Source: Blastocatellia bacterium (GTDB lineage Bacteria > Acidobacteriota > Blastocatellia > UBA7656). Taken from it: 64,000 nt of DNA. The stretch spans positions 832,001 to 896,000 of the forward strand of contig CAVXWP010000008.1 of assembly GCA_963765495.1 (NCBI GenBank). The letters run 5' to 3'. The notes under the pieces were generated by a model, which worked only from the letters and a program-made list of their open reading frames with translations, was not told where the DNA came from and did not search any database. Positions 1 to 10,007 of this stretch are shown piece after piece (the stretch's first letter is position 1; the number at the start of each line of letters is the position of its first letter). The translations under genes were made by a program, and so were the position numbers.

Positions 1-1
1 G

Positions 2-109
2 GGAATCGAGGTCCTCAACGCGCTCAGGGGGCAATTTGAAGGGGCAAAGGTGCGCGAGGTCATTAGCGAATGGTTTCTGTCTTCGCGCAAATCTGAAAGT
101 GATGCGTGA
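2..109 (+). CDS. 3' end of a CDS truncated by the window start; product unknown
   Basis: Open frame GIEVLNALRGQFEGAKVREVISEWFLSSRKSESDA* ending at TGA 107-109, convergent with the next gene. Confidence 0.5.
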   Translation, partial: GIEVLNALRGQFEGAKVREVISEWFLSSRKSESDA

Positions 110-187
110 TTCGTGATGAGTAACTTCGAGGCGTATTGTTTGTAACGAGCATGCTCCATATTTCACGAATCACGCATCGCGCATCAC
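99..187. repeat. Inverted arrays of heptamer GTGAT(T/G)C / G(A/C)ATCAC
   Basis: gtgatgcgtgattcgtgatg ... tcacgaatcacgcatcgcgcatcac between convergent genes. Confidence 0.75.
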
Positions 188-223
188 CATGGCCATTCAT
201 CTCGGCTTCTTGCATGCGTCGAA

Positions 224-673
224 TTAGAACCTCTTGGCCAGAAGATTGGCGACCCTGTTAAGCAGTCGCTCATCTTCATCAGAAAAGATATTCTCACGGT
301 CGCTGTCAATATCAATCTGGCCGAATATCTCTTCTCCCCGTCTGATGAGGACGACTATCTCTGCGCGGGTCTCAAGACTGCAAGCAAGATAGTTTTCGAG
401 TTCTCTGACATCGCCTATGATCTGATTGGCGCGCTCGGCCACTGCCGTGCCGCATACCCCCGTGCCTACTGCGATGCGGGTGTGATCGGTCGGCTTGCCG
501 ATGTAGTTATGCAAAACGAGAGTATCGTCTTCGAGCAGGTAGATGCCAACCCAGTCATAGTGATCGCGCTCTTTTTTCAGGATGCTGACCGCATCTCGCA
601 AGACATCATCGCGCGAGCCGTCGCTTTCCACGACCTGCTCAATTTTGTCAACTATCTGCTCTTCTGTCGCCAT
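224..673 (-). CDS. Stand-alone GAF-domain protein, free methionine-(R)-sulfoxide reductase-like
   Basis: WVGIYL, GTGVCGTA, YLACS, EIVV, GQIDIDS motifs of the fRMsr/YebR GAF family; ATG at 673. Confidence 0.8.
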   Translation of the reverse strand: MATEEQIVDKIEQVVESDGSRDDVLRDAVSILKKERDHYDWVGIYLLEDDTLVLHNYIGKPTDHTRIAVGTGVCGTAVAERANQIIGDVRELENYLACSLETRAEIVVLIRRGEEIFGQIDIDSDRENIFSDEDERLLNRVANLLAKRF

Positions 674-857
674 CTTTTTACCTCTCAAACGAAAATTGAC
701 TCAATTCGAGGATATTGACAGGGCGAGAGTATTGCAAGGCGCGTTGACTGCAAGCCTCTCAGACGGAATAATAGAAGCTTCGGTTTGATTCGCGCGCGGG
801 AAATAGAGCGATGGACGCCAATATCAAGCTGATTCTAATGAGAGAGGAGATTTCTGT

Positions 858-1244
858 ATGTCGCAATTAACGGATAAATATGGTGATGTTTACATCCTGG
901 CTGAAAAGCTTGGATGCACGAATCTGAATGCCAGCGAGGAAAACGGTCACATGACGATCAGCGGGAACTGCCCTACAAAGTATGTGGCCAATCAGGTGTG
1001 GGACAAGGCCAAGGAGATTGACCCCGGCCTCGACGACGGCGACCTGACGCTGAATCTTTCCGCCGAGCGATCAGACATCTACGGCGAATACGAAGTCAAA
1101 TCCGGGGACACGCTTTCGGGCATAGCTCAGAAAGTCACTCAAGGTAAACTCAGTTATCAACAGATATTCGAGGCTAACCGTGATGTGCTTTCCGACCCAA
1201 ACAAGATACAACCCGGCCAGAAGCTCAAAATTCCCAACCACTGA
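858..1244 (+). CDS. LysM-domain protein with BON-like N-terminus (Kbp/YgaU-like)
   Basis: C-terminal YEVKSGDTLSGIA...IFEANRDVLSDPNKIQPGQKLKIP is a LysM; RBS gaggag. Confidence 0.85.
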   Translation: MSQLTDKYGDVYILAEKLGCTNLNASEENGHMTISGNCPTKYVANQVWDKAKEIDPGLDDGDLTLNLSAERSDIYGEYEVKSGDTLSGIAQKVTQGKLSYQQIFEANRDVLSDPNKIQPGQKLKIPNH

Positions 1245-1315
1245 TCTGCAAACCTCTGAATCACCGGGAGGGCAGTTGCGTGTCTCGCGCTGCCCTTCCC
1301 CATAAACCATCAAGG

Positions 1316-2164
1316 ATGATCGAAACAATCGCCACAGTAGAAAGCAACCTGGAGATCACCCCGGGTTATCGGCTTCTTTTATTGGGCTTTGATGAAGATA
1401 TTCATGCGCGCGCAGGTCAGTTCGCCATGCTGCGGGCGCGGGCGGGATTTGAACCGCTTCTGAGGCGGGCTCTGGCCGTTTATAGAGTTTACGGGCCTCG
1501 ACGATTGAGCTTTCTTTATCAGGTGCTTGGTCGGGGGACAGAGGCGCTGTCGCTTGCCGGACCGGATAGCAGGGTCGAGGCTCTTGCGCCGCTCGGCAAT
1601 AGCTGGCCGCTGGGAGAAGCGGGTGCATCGGTCCGGGGTGAGAGCCCCCCCTCCGGTCGCGCAATCGTGGTAGCAGGCGGTATCGGTTCGGCCTCCGTTC
1701 TCATGCTCTGTGAAGAACTGGAAAAGAGAGCGCGCGACACACAGGTCTTCTTTGGCGCGGCAAATGAGCGTGTAGCAGAAGGCTGCGGGCTTGCGGATTT
1801 TCGCGCGCTCAAACTTCCGCTTACTATTACTACTGATGACGGCAGCCTCGGCGAACGCGGATTTGTTACGGCTCCGCTCGAGCGGTACCTGCGCGAAGGC
1901 GGCGGAAAAGACGCTACTGTTTACGCCTGCGGCCCCTGGGTGATGATGAGACGCGTGGCCGAAATAGCCAAAGGATTCGGTGTGAGTTGTCTGGTATCGC
2001 TTGAGGCTCCGATGGGCTGCGGTTTTGGAGTGTGCGTGGGCTGCGTGGTTGCGGTAAAGACCGAAGGACCGCTCGGCTATGGCTCTTACAGGCGCGTCTG
2101 CATAGACGGCTCAATCTTTCCCGCTGAGAAGATCAGTTGGGAGATCAATGCGATGGCGCATTGA
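1316..2164 (+). CDS. pyrK: Dihydroorotate dehydrogenase B electron transfer subunit
   Basis: AGQFAM, LLRR, AGGIG, ACGP, MGCGFGVCVGC...RVCIDG 2Fe-2S motif; adjacent to pyrD. Confidence 0.93.
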   Translation: MIETIATVESNLEITPGYRLLLLGFDEDIHARAGQFAMLRARAGFEPLLRRALAVYRVYGPRRLSFLYQVLGRGTEALSLAGPDSRVEALAPLGNSWPLGEAGASVRGESPPSGRAIVVAGGIGSASVLMLCEELEKRARDTQVFFGAANERVAEGCGLADFRALKLPLTITTDDGSLGERGFVTAPLERYLREGGGKDATVYACGPWVMMRRVAEIAKGFGVSCLVSLEAPMGCGFGVCVGCVVAVKTEGPLGYGSYRRVCIDGSIFPAEKISWEINAMAH

Positions 2165-2179
2165 TCTGCGAATCAAAAT

Positions 2180-3106
2180 ATGACTGGTCACGACCCGCGA
2201 CTTGCGGTAGAAATAGCCGGTATTCGTTTCAACAATCCCGTCATGGGCGCGTCGGGTACGTTTGGCTATGGTCTGGAATTCGCCGATTTTATCGACCTCA
2301 ACCGGCTCGGCGGATTCTCTACCAAGGGGCTGTCGGCCCGTCCTCTGCCCGGTAATCCTCCCCCTCGCATAGTCGAAACACACGGCGGGATGCTAAACGC
2401 CATCGGCCTGCAAAACATCGGCGCTCGCGCCTTCGTTGAAGAAAAACTCCCTCTGCTCAAAGGATATGATACGCGAATAATCGCCAACGTCTTCGGCTAC
2501 TCGGATGAGGATTATCTGGAGGCTATCGCGATGCTCAACGACGGCGAAGGTATCAGCGCATACGAGTTGAACATCTCTTGCCCGAATGTCAAGGAAGGCG
2601 GCATTGTAATCGGGAACTCGCCTCTGGCTGCCGCTCGGCTCACCGAAAAAGCCCGCCGCGCATCCCTGCGGCCCCTGATAGTAAAACTCTCACCCAATGT
2701 TACAGATATTACCGAGCTTGCCCGCGCCATTGCATCGGCAGGCGCTGATTCGCTTTCGCTTATCAACACTCTGATCGGGATGTCTGTAGACGTTTTCACC
2801 CGGCGACCGAGATTGAGTTATGGGACAGGGGGTCTTTCAGGGCCTGCCGTCCGTCCGATAGCCGTCCGCATGGTTTACGAAGTCCGTAACGCGGTTGACA
2901 TACCGCTAATCGGAATCGGAGGTATTCAATCCGCGATGGATGCGCTGGAGTTTATCATCGCAGGGGCGACGGCCATACAGATAGGGACGGCAAATTATTA
3001 TGACCCACGCGTGACGATGAAGGTGATAGAAGGTCTGTCGCAATATTGCGACAAGATGAAGGTAGAGAATATAGGGACACTTTGCGGTTCGCTCGTAAGA
3101 GGGTAA
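2180..3106 (+). CDS. pyrD: Dihydroorotate dehydrogenase B (NAD+), catalytic subunit
   Basis: [44 protein letters not shown]. Confidence 0.95.
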   Translation: MTGHDPRLAVEIAGIRFNNPVMGASGTFGYGLEFADFIDLNRLGGFSTKGLSARPLPGNPPPRIVETHGGMLNAIGLQNIGARAFVEEKLPLLKGYDTRIIANVFGYSDEDYLEAIAMLNDGEGISAYELNISCPNVKEGGIVIGNSPLAAARLTEKARRASLRPLIVKLSPNVTDITELARAIASAGADSLSLINTLIGMSVDVFTRRPRLSYGTGGLSGPAVRPIAVRMVYEVRNAVDIPLIGIGGIQSAMDALEFIIAGATAIQIGTANYYDPRVTMKVIEGLSQYCDKMKVENIGTLCGSLVRG

Positions 3107-3212
3107 GAAGGAAAGGGTCAGTTGATTCTCAGAAAAGGTATTGGGCACTTTGCGTATTTGCGGCTTTGCGCGTACTTATTTCTCGCGGAGACGCAAAGCA
3201 TGTAAAGATCAG

Positions 3213-5981
3213 TCAAAGGCGTTCCAACGAAAAATCGTCAAACCACAACCGTCCAAACGCCCTGCACAGGGCCGCCTTGCAGTCTTGCCGTATGATAGCG
3301 ATTCTCACTGCATTTGTGGTTTCACCTGTTTTGAACTCCAGAGTGTAATCTTCCCACCCGATTGTGCCCTGTGGCATCTGTGGTGACTGCCCAAGGGTTT
3401 TCTCTCCGTTCGCCGCGTCTGTTACGGTGACATAGATCGAGCCGCCTATCACTACATCCTGGCAGCGCGCTGCGAATTTCAGCCTGTATTTGGTCCCCGG
3501 CTCCACAAGCACAAGTTGCGAAACCAGAGGAATCGAAAGCGGCGAATCACCATCAAATTCAAGGCGAAGGCTGCGAGCCCCGCCGTGAGGGGCAAGCGCA
3601 TCTTGAACGGCTCGGAAGGCCCCGAGGTTTTCACCTATCTGCCAATCGAATCCAGACTTTTCAAATCTGGTTCTGCCTTCAAAACCGGCTTCGGAGATGC
3701 GGGCGATGCCTGATTGCCTCTCGCCTTGTTTTGCGCCCTGCAAGGTCTGCCAGACCTCATAAGCTTCGTTAAACCTCCTGGCAGAAAGAAGCGCGGCAAG
3801 CAGATTGCGCCGATCTTCTATGGTTTCAGTTTCAGTGAGGTTAAACAGTTCAAATGCTTCAGCGGTCTTCTCGTGTGTGAGGAAGGAACGGGCCAGCGCC
3901 AGTCGGGCTGCTTCCGTCTGAGGCTGTATCGCCCGCAGGATTGCCTGAGCATCGCCGCCGAAAATATCCCAGGCAAACCCTATGATCGGCGGAAACAGAT
4001 CGGGGTCACTTGCCGATGCAAGGCGAAGCTCTGAGAAGGCCTGATCATACTGCCCTGTGCTGAGCAGCAACATCCCGTATTCCCATCTGGGTTGTCCAAA
4101 GTAAGGCGCAAGGCGCGCGGCTTCGATAAAGGCTGTGGTTGCCTGGTCAAAATCTCCCTGTTGCATTCGAGCCAGTCCCAAACTCGACCACAATTGATAA
4201 TCGTGCGGTCGCAGGGCTACAGCCTGCCTGTATTCTTCGACCGCTTCGGTGAGCATGTCTTGATTCAAAAAAGCTATTGCGCGGGCGCGGTGTGCCAGAG
4301 GGTCTGTCGGGGCCAGGGCGACGGCTCGATTGGCGGCCTCAAGCGAGCCTTCCTCCACGGCGTGGTATGACCATCGGCGCGATTGTCCTTCACGCCAGAC
4401 GATCCAGATACAAAAAAGGCAGATAAACAATCCGACAGCCGCCGCCGCGTAGCGAACAGGACCGGGGTTCGATTCAGGTTGAAGAGCCGTGTCTGCGCCA
4501 TCTGCCGGGGATGAAACTTTTTGACCGCTGTCGCTCTGGATATTCACGGTGGCGATTACGATCAAAGCAACAAAGACAAAGCCGTTTGCAAGATTATGAA
4601 GTCCGAAATCAAAGATACTGTGAATGGCTGTACCTACGATCCCTGCCAGAGCGCCATAACAGGCCGCGCGGCGAAATGTGCTTCTGGATTGCAAGGTCTT
4701 TCGCGCTCGACTAACAAATAGAACTGCGAACCACAATCCAAGACCGATGCCTATCACCCCTCCACTTGCAAACATCTCCAGATAATCATTATGGGCTTCC
4801 TGCGGTACCACCTTTCCCGAGGCATCGAAATACTCTGTAATGGCGATCCCGAAACTTCCAAAGCCCGAACCTGCAACCGGATTGGCTTTTATCAAATTCC
4901 AGGTTGTGCGCCAGTAATCAAGGCGGCTCTTATAGTTTCGATTCTCGATTCTGTCTGAACTTACTTCACCGGGCAAAGTCTTCAGACGTTCGACCACAGG
5001 GTCGCCTCCCATCCAGATGATAGTAAGAAAGGTGGCCAGCATTAGCAGGGAAATAAGCGCAGCACGCACAAGTATCGACCGGCTGAGGCGAACAAACAAC
5101 CCGGCCAGCCCGGTCGGGCTATCCGCAACATTGCGCCGGGAATGAACAAAACTAAAGAGTAAGGTGATGAATAAGAGTTGTCCGAGAAGGCTCAGAATGC
5201 CGCCGCGCGAGTTTGACAGCACAAGGGCTAACCAGATTACCGCTCCCGAATAGATATAGATAAAAAGGCTGCGGCCTCGATTGCGCTTTTCGCCTTTCCC
5301 TGCGATCAGACCTAGCGCAAGGCCAAGCCCCATCTCCATCAGAAACGCAAAATGATTCCGGTTGATGAACTGACCATACCCCTCAGAAGGCTGAAGTGCG
5401 GGCAGCAAAAAACCCTGTGTCTTGCTGTGACCAAGCTGCCGCACTATGCCAAAAACGGCGCTTAAGAGACATACTCCCAGGACCGTCAAGATCAGCGCGC
5501 GTAATCTTAACCGATTCGTCGTGTAGCGGAACAATATCCCCAGGGCGAGAATCAAGGCAAAAAGATGAAAGGCAACCAGACGTGTTTCATACGCGTTCAA
5601 GCTCAGCGTGCGCAGGCTTTCTATTCCCTGGGTTTCAATACTTCCAAACGGGATAGTTTGAGCAAAGACGAAGACAAGAAGAAGAATAAGCGGAAGCAGC
5701 AGACGAAGGTGTTTCGCTTCCCGTCTCGCGCTGAGAAGCCATTCAATCCCTGAGAGCGCCGCAAGCGCAAAGATCGCGCATTCAAATGACGCCTTCCACC
5801 ATTCTTCGGCCGAGCCATAAGGAGCGGCGACAAGAGGCATAAGCGCGAGCATTGAGAAAAAAACTATCCGGTCCAGCAAACGCGCCGCTCGAAACGGGAG
5901 CGGCGCGTTGCCGTCTTTCTTGCCGGACGGCAATCTCCTTTCATTGCTCGCAACAGCTATGTTTACTTCCTCAATTGCCAA
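3213..5981 (-). CDS. O-antigen ligase family membrane protein fused to TPR repeats and a C-terminal carbohydrate-binding-like domain
   Basis: Many TM helices, FINRNHFA, SRGG, GSGFGSF, AHNDYLE; TPR helices in the middle; C-terminal GFE...W...WFDDFSL beta domain. Confidence 0.8.
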   Translation of the reverse strand: MAIEEVNIAVASNERRLPSGKKDGNAPLPFRAARLLDRIVFFSMLALMPLVAAPYGSAEEWWKASFECAIFALAALSGIEWLLSARREAKHLRLLLPLILLLVFVFAQTIPFGSIETQGIESLRTLSLNAYETRLVAFHLFALILALGILFRYTTNRLRLRALILTVLGVCLLSAVFGIVRQLGHSKTQGFLLPALQPSEGYGQFINRNHFAFLMEMGLGLALGLIAGKGEKRNRGRSLFIYIYSGAVIWLALVLSNSRGGILSLLGQLLFITLLFSFVHSRRNVADSPTGLAGLFVRLSRSILVRAALISLLMLATFLTIIWMGGDPVVERLKTLPGEVSSDRIENRNYKSRLDYWRTTWNLIKANPVAGSGFGSFGIAITEYFDASGKVVPQEAHNDYLEMFASGGVIGIGLGLWFAVLFVSRARKTLQSRSTFRRAACYGALAGIVGTAIHSIFDFGLHNLANGFVFVALIVIATVNIQSDSGQKVSSPADGADTALQPESNPGPVRYAAAAVGLFICLFCIWIVWREGQSRRWSYHAVEEGSLEAANRAVALAPTDPLAHRARAIAFLNQDMLTEAVEEYRQAVALRPHDYQLWSSLGLARMQQGDFDQATTAFIEAARLAPYFGQPRWEYGMLLLSTGQYDQAFSELRLASASDPDLFPPIIGFAWDIFGGDAQAILRAIQPQTEAARLALARSFLTHEKTAEAFELFNLTETETIEDRRNLLAALLSARRFNEAYEVWQTLQGAKQGERQSGIARISEAGFEGRTRFEKSGFDWQIGENLGAFRAVQDALAPHGGARSLRLEFDGDSPLSIPLVSQLVLVEPGTKYRLKFAARCQDVVIGGSIYVTVTDAANGEKTLGQSPQMPQGTIGWEDYTLEFKTGETTNAVRIAIIRQDCKAALCRAFGRLWFDDFSLERL

Positions 5982-6351
5982 GGCGCATTCTAAAATTCGG
6001 AGGTTTCTTTGATTTTTTTTGCGCGAAGTAGGTCGTTGTTAAACAAGAAAGACACAAAGAACCTCAAAGCCCTTATGGCTTCCATTAAGGTTTCTTTGTG
6101 TCCTTCATTTTCAGCCCTGCCTGTTTAACAGAGCAATCAATCGTGAGTCGCTACGAATTGCCTCCCGTCACTGACTATCTGACGCGGTCGTGTACAAATC
6201 GCAGCGCCGGATTTATCAAAAATCTGCAGGGGCCGCACCGGACAATAATCCATGAACTATGTATACTGCGCTGTCCGAAGCAAACTCTCCCAATCCGGGC
6301 ATTTAATATTCGAATCTGATTACAGATGCCTGCCCTGTCAGATTAATGATG

Positions 6352-6726
6352 CTATCTGGGAACGGTCATAGACGGATTCCCCGGAGTGCATGTGCATCTG
6401 AATGTGGCAAAGCCGCAAGTTTGACCACCACTAATAGATGTATTGCACGTACCTGAATCGCATGTCGGCGAGCAGTTAGGTGCGCATCTGTTTTGGGCAA
6501 TCGTCATCGCGTTTATCCTGGCCTGAGTGCATGCCGCAGCGGCAGTACTGGAACAGGCCACACCGTTGGCTATAAATTGGTTGGGACAGGTTACAGCTTT
6601 AGCACGCCCAGGCAATGCAAGAGTCACAGCGCTACCGGCAACTGCGCCGAACATCAATTTGAGCGCCTGCCGCCTTGGAACCTGACTCGCTACGATACGA
6701 GATATTTTATCAAACAGCTCGGCCAT
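6352..6726 (-). CDS. Tat-signal, cysteine-rich small secreted protein (10 Cys in ~80 aa mature part)
   Basis: PRRQALK twin-arginine motif, hydrophobic stretch, AKA cleavage site; RBS aggaaaggag; overlaps the upstream gene. Confidence 0.8.
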   Translation of the reverse strand: MAELFDKISRIVASQVPRRQALKLMFGAVAGSAVTLALPGRAKAVTCPNQFIANGVACSSTAAAACTQARINAMTIAQNRCAPNCSPTCDSGTCNTSISGGQTCGFATFRCTCTPGNPSMTVPR

Positions 6727-7834
6727 TAACTTTCTCCTTTCCTACAGCCAGTCCTTCTCGAGCCAGCATTAAAATTTCCGCTGCCCCGGTTGCAACATCC
6801 CTTGCCAATATACCGTCTTCATTAATCAGAAAGGCGACGGGAGTGGCGAATATACCATACTCTTTTGACAACTTCCACTTTTGTTGAACAACAACAGGAA
6901 AATCAAAATGAAATTTTTCTGCCTTCTGCCGGTTCTGCTCCAGGTCGCCGCGCCCAACCATGACGATGACCATAGAGCTATCGCGCCGTTGAGCATATAG
7001 GCGAACCAGATCGGGCGCAAGCTGATCGCACGGGCCGCAATTCGGATCAGAAAAAACCAGTAACACACGCTTCCCCTTAAACTGTTCGAGAGTGACAGTG
7101 CCACCATCCAGATCAGGCAGTTCAAACCCGGGGGCGATTGTTCCAGCCTTGAGCCCGCTTCGCTCGATACGGCTCTCTTCGAGTGGGCGAAAACCCTTCA
7201 ACCCCTTCTTGTCGGATTTGCCCGAGGCCGCTTCGCGCGCCAGGTTCAAAACCTCGTCAGACCCTATCGCCAGAGGGCGGGATATCCTCCCCTTTTCATC
7301 GAGCAGATAGGCAACCGGAGTACCCAACTCCTGAAATGAACCGAGCGACTCAGACTCATCCATAAGGAGAATTGGACATTCAAGACCGTACTCTTCGGCA
7401 AATGAGCGATTTGAGGCCGCATCCTGATAACTCACCATCAACATCTGCACTTTGCGGTCGCTCAAAGCCGGTTGTAATTGAGCCAAATCCGGCCCAATCA
7501 GATCGCAAAATCCGCAAACGGGACTCCAGTGAATCAGCAGTACCTGTTTGCCTAGAAACCCCTCGAGCGACACCATCCTTCCGTCGAGATCAGGAAACTC
7601 AAAAGGGGTAAAACTTGTTCCTATCTCCAACCCCGATCTGGCGGATGACATACCCTCTAGCTGAACATTCGCAGTAAAGATGCCGGTATTTCCCTGTCCA
7701 AGCCTTTGCTCTATCTCATCTAAACGGAGCAATATCCGCCCCTGCTGCTTGATCATCTGGTAGAAAACAACCCACAGGCTCAATAAAATAAGCCCCAATA
7801 TAGCTACGCCGATTGCTAAAAGCCCCACATCCAT
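6710..7834 (-). CDS. Membrane-anchored tandem thioredoxin-fold (TlpA/MauD-like redoxin) protein
   Basis: N-terminal TM helix; two repeats of PxFxxPDLDG..V.LE.F.GK with CGFC and CGPC, each followed by a TP cis-Pro motif. Confidence 0.85.
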   Translation of the reverse strand: MDVGLLAIGVAILGLILLSLWVVFYQMIKQQGRILLRLDEIEQRLGQGNTGIFTANVQLEGMSSARSGLEIGTSFTPFEFPDLDGRMVSLEGFLGKQVLLIHWSPVCGFCDLIGPDLAQLQPALSDRKVQMLMVSYQDAASNRSFAEEYGLECPILLMDESESLGSFQELGTPVAYLLDEKGRISRPLAIGSDEVLNLAREAASGKSDKKGLKGFRPLEESRIERSGLKAGTIAPGFELPDLDGGTVTLEQFKGKRVLLVFSDPNCGPCDQLAPDLVRLYAQRRDSSMVIVMVGRGDLEQNRQKAEKFHFDFPVVVQQKWKLSKEYGIFATPVAFLINEDGILARDVATGAAEILMLAREGLAVGKEKVNGRAV

Positions 7835-8258
7835 GCCAGATCATTTTCCCTAAATAAAGATTGTCTGCTAACCCGGATTACCGCCCATCCAAACAATTCG
7901 ACCAGTCAATCAATGATTCGCTTGCCTTTACGACCCGGCCTGAAATGACCTTGAATCATTCAACGGCCAAAAAATTAGATATTAATACTTGGAAAAATCC
8001 CGGATTTGACCCAACGACTAAATGAAACCCACTATGACGCGTCTCGGATTATACCATTCTGTATTACCATTACAACCAGTTTTTGCTCCATTGCAGGAAA
8101 TTGCTTAATCTTTTTTTCCGGCATTTTAACTCCCGTAAGCCTTCCTCATTAAAACTTCCCTCAGCACTCGCAAGAAATGTTGAAACGCTTTGTTTAAAGC
8201 ATTTACTACTCTCTCTGCAATGCAACATTAAAAAATCTGCATATTTTTATAAAAAATA

Positions 8259-8288
8259 CTTGACAGAAAAACACTCAGATTTTATCAT
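8259..8288 (+). promoter_or_regulatory. Sigma70-type promoter for hsp20 with overlapping HAIR-like inverted repeat
   Basis: TTGACA(8260)-17 nt-TATCAT(8283); CTTGACA-N7-ACTCAGA resembles CTTGAGT-N7-ACTCAAG. Confidence 0.55.
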
Positions 8289-8391
8289 AAATCATCATAC
8301 GATAATGACAGCCAGTGAGAGTGAGATTAAACCGAGGTTATTCTCAAGGCCTGGCATAGAAGAGAAATTTCTTTGATAGGAGGAAAAGATC

Positions 8392-8877
8392 ATGGCAGTA
8401 GCTGGAATACAGAGATCTCCAATGCGAGGTTATCGCAGTCTGAGAGGCATAGACCCTTTTCGGGAATTGTTCGACCTGCAACGAAACATCAATGAGTTAT
8501 TCGAGGGAAGCCTTGGAAAGACAACCGGGGAGAGCACGGCTCTAAATACCTGGACCCCGTCAGTAGACATATACGAGGATGAGAATTCATTTCTGATCAA
8601 GGTTGATCTGCCGGAGATCAACAAAGAGGATGTCAAGGTCAATCTCGATAATAACGTGCTGTCGATATCAGGCGAGCGAAGGCTGGAAAACGAAGACCGG
8701 CGCGAAGGCTATCACCGCGTTGAGCGCGTTTACGGCCAGTTCTATAGATCGTTCACTCTGCCGTCAAATGTCAATATTGAGTCGATAAACGCGGCGTTCA
8801 AGGATGGAGTGCTCCGTCTGAGGCTCCCAAAGAAAGAAGAAGCAAAACCGAAGCAGATCGAAGTCACAGTTGACTGA
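8392..8877 (+). CDS. Small heat shock protein, Hsp20/alpha-crystallin family
   Basis: WTPSVDIYE, DLP, LSISGER, ERVYGQFYRSFTLP, FKDGVLRLRLPK; RBS aggagg. Confidence 0.95.
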   Translation: MAVAGIQRSPMRGYRSLRGIDPFRELFDLQRNINELFEGSLGKTTGESTALNTWTPSVDIYEDENSFLIKVDLPEINKEDVKVNLDNNVLSISGERRLENEDRREGYHRVERVYGQFYRSFTLPSNVNIESINAAFKDGVLRLRLPKKEEAKPKQIEVTVD

Positions 8878-8926
8878 CGCGGTCTAAATCATTCAGATCG
8901 AAAAGTTTTCTCCCTCTTTGCGAATC

Positions 8927-8963
8927 AAGCCGCAGCGGACACATATGCGCTGCGGCTTTTCTT
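8927..8963 (+). terminator. Intrinsic terminator after hsp20
   Basis: aagccgcagcg-loop-cgctgcggctt followed by a T-rich tract. Confidence 0.8.
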
Positions 8964-9397
8964 TACAGGGCCTTACAATTCTCATATTGATCTGCTGCTG
9001 AGATCACAGGAAACCACCTATTGCTTTCAGGAAAAGCCTGGCGTCCTTTGAGTGCTTAGGGTACGCGGGCGGGTTTGCGAGAAACAGGTTCCAAAGCCGC
9101 TTAGCAGGCCAAGTATTTTTATCGAGTAATCAGTGATTGGCTCTGATCTCGGGAATATCAATCTGAGAATAGAATGAGACGTAAATGGCGGGCGATTTTA
9201 GTCTCTGCAATCGGGTGGTTTTCAACTTGTCAACCACATCCAACCTGTGTAAATGTAAGAGCAGACTCAGCCCGGTATTGCAGGTGTACTTATTCCCCCA
9301 CGGGCAATCGGTATTATTGATATTTGTTTGAAGATTCCGGCAGATGGGAGTATGTTCTATGCCCCCGAAAGGCAAAGATCAAAGCATAAGGAGCGAC

Positions 9398-9754
9398 ATG
9401 AAAAGTTCTGCGCAACTCGAGCGACGGCGGTTCGAGCGAGCGCCAATGACGGCGCAGGTCGAATACGAGCTTACAAACAGCAGCAGCGGCCCCTCTCGCG
9501 TTAGAAGGAACATGGCCAATATAAGCACCGGCGGACTGTTTATTTCCACAGACGAGCCTATTCGCGCAGGAACCCGCATGGTCGTGCGGTTTGAATTGCC
9601 CAACAAGCACAGGGTTATCGCCGTTTCGCGGGTCTGTTACACAAAAAAAGGGCAGGGGCTTGGCGTGGAGTTTTTGAGCCTAGATGATGAAGATCGCGAA
9701 GAGATTGAGACATATATTGCCATCCTTGCCGCAAAATCATTCTCGGGAATTTGA
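9398..9754 (+). CDS. Stand-alone PilZ-domain protein
   Basis: ERRRFER (RxxxR) and NISTGG (D/NxSxxG) motifs, GLGVEF; RBS aggag. Confidence 0.85.
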   Translation: MKSSAQLERRRFERAPMTAQVEYELTNSSSGPSRVRRNMANISTGGLFISTDEPIRAGTRMVVRFELPNKHRVIAVSRVCYTKKGQGLGVEFLSLDDEDREEIETYIAILAAKSFSGI

Positions 9755-9814
9755 CATCCAATGCATCAGATTTTTCAGGATGTGGCTCTTATTCGGTCAT
9801 CTTGAAAGATGGTC

Positions 9815-9842
9815 TTGTAAATCACATGCCCTGTGCTATAAT
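9815..9842 (+). promoter_or_regulatory. Sigma70-type promoter upstream of the SPOR gene
   Basis: TTGTAA-16 nt-TATAAT with extended -10 TG. Confidence 0.5.
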
Positions 9843-10007
9843 CGAACCGCCTAAGCTTCTGCCCCCCGTAAAAGGTGCCTTTTCAAGGACATCGATTGAA
9901 AACTCAGAAGATTGACCGGCTTGAAAAACGCTTGTGCCGTCTTCAGACCGGGCGCAGTAGCTTTCCATTGGATTTGACATTAAGTCACAGGTCAGAAGGG
10001 TACAGAC

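Noticed and set aside
6352-6726. Methylamine dehydrogenase light chain (mauA) or cytochrome c
   Set aside because: No Trp for TTQ, no CxxCH, and no other mau genes.
8161-8187. CIRCE element upstream of hsp20
   Set aside because: Only a left half-site (TCAGCACTC); no GAGTGCTAA nine bases later.
8083-8376. 97-aa ORF upstream of hsp20
   Set aside because: AT-rich promoter region, no RBS or recognisable motif.
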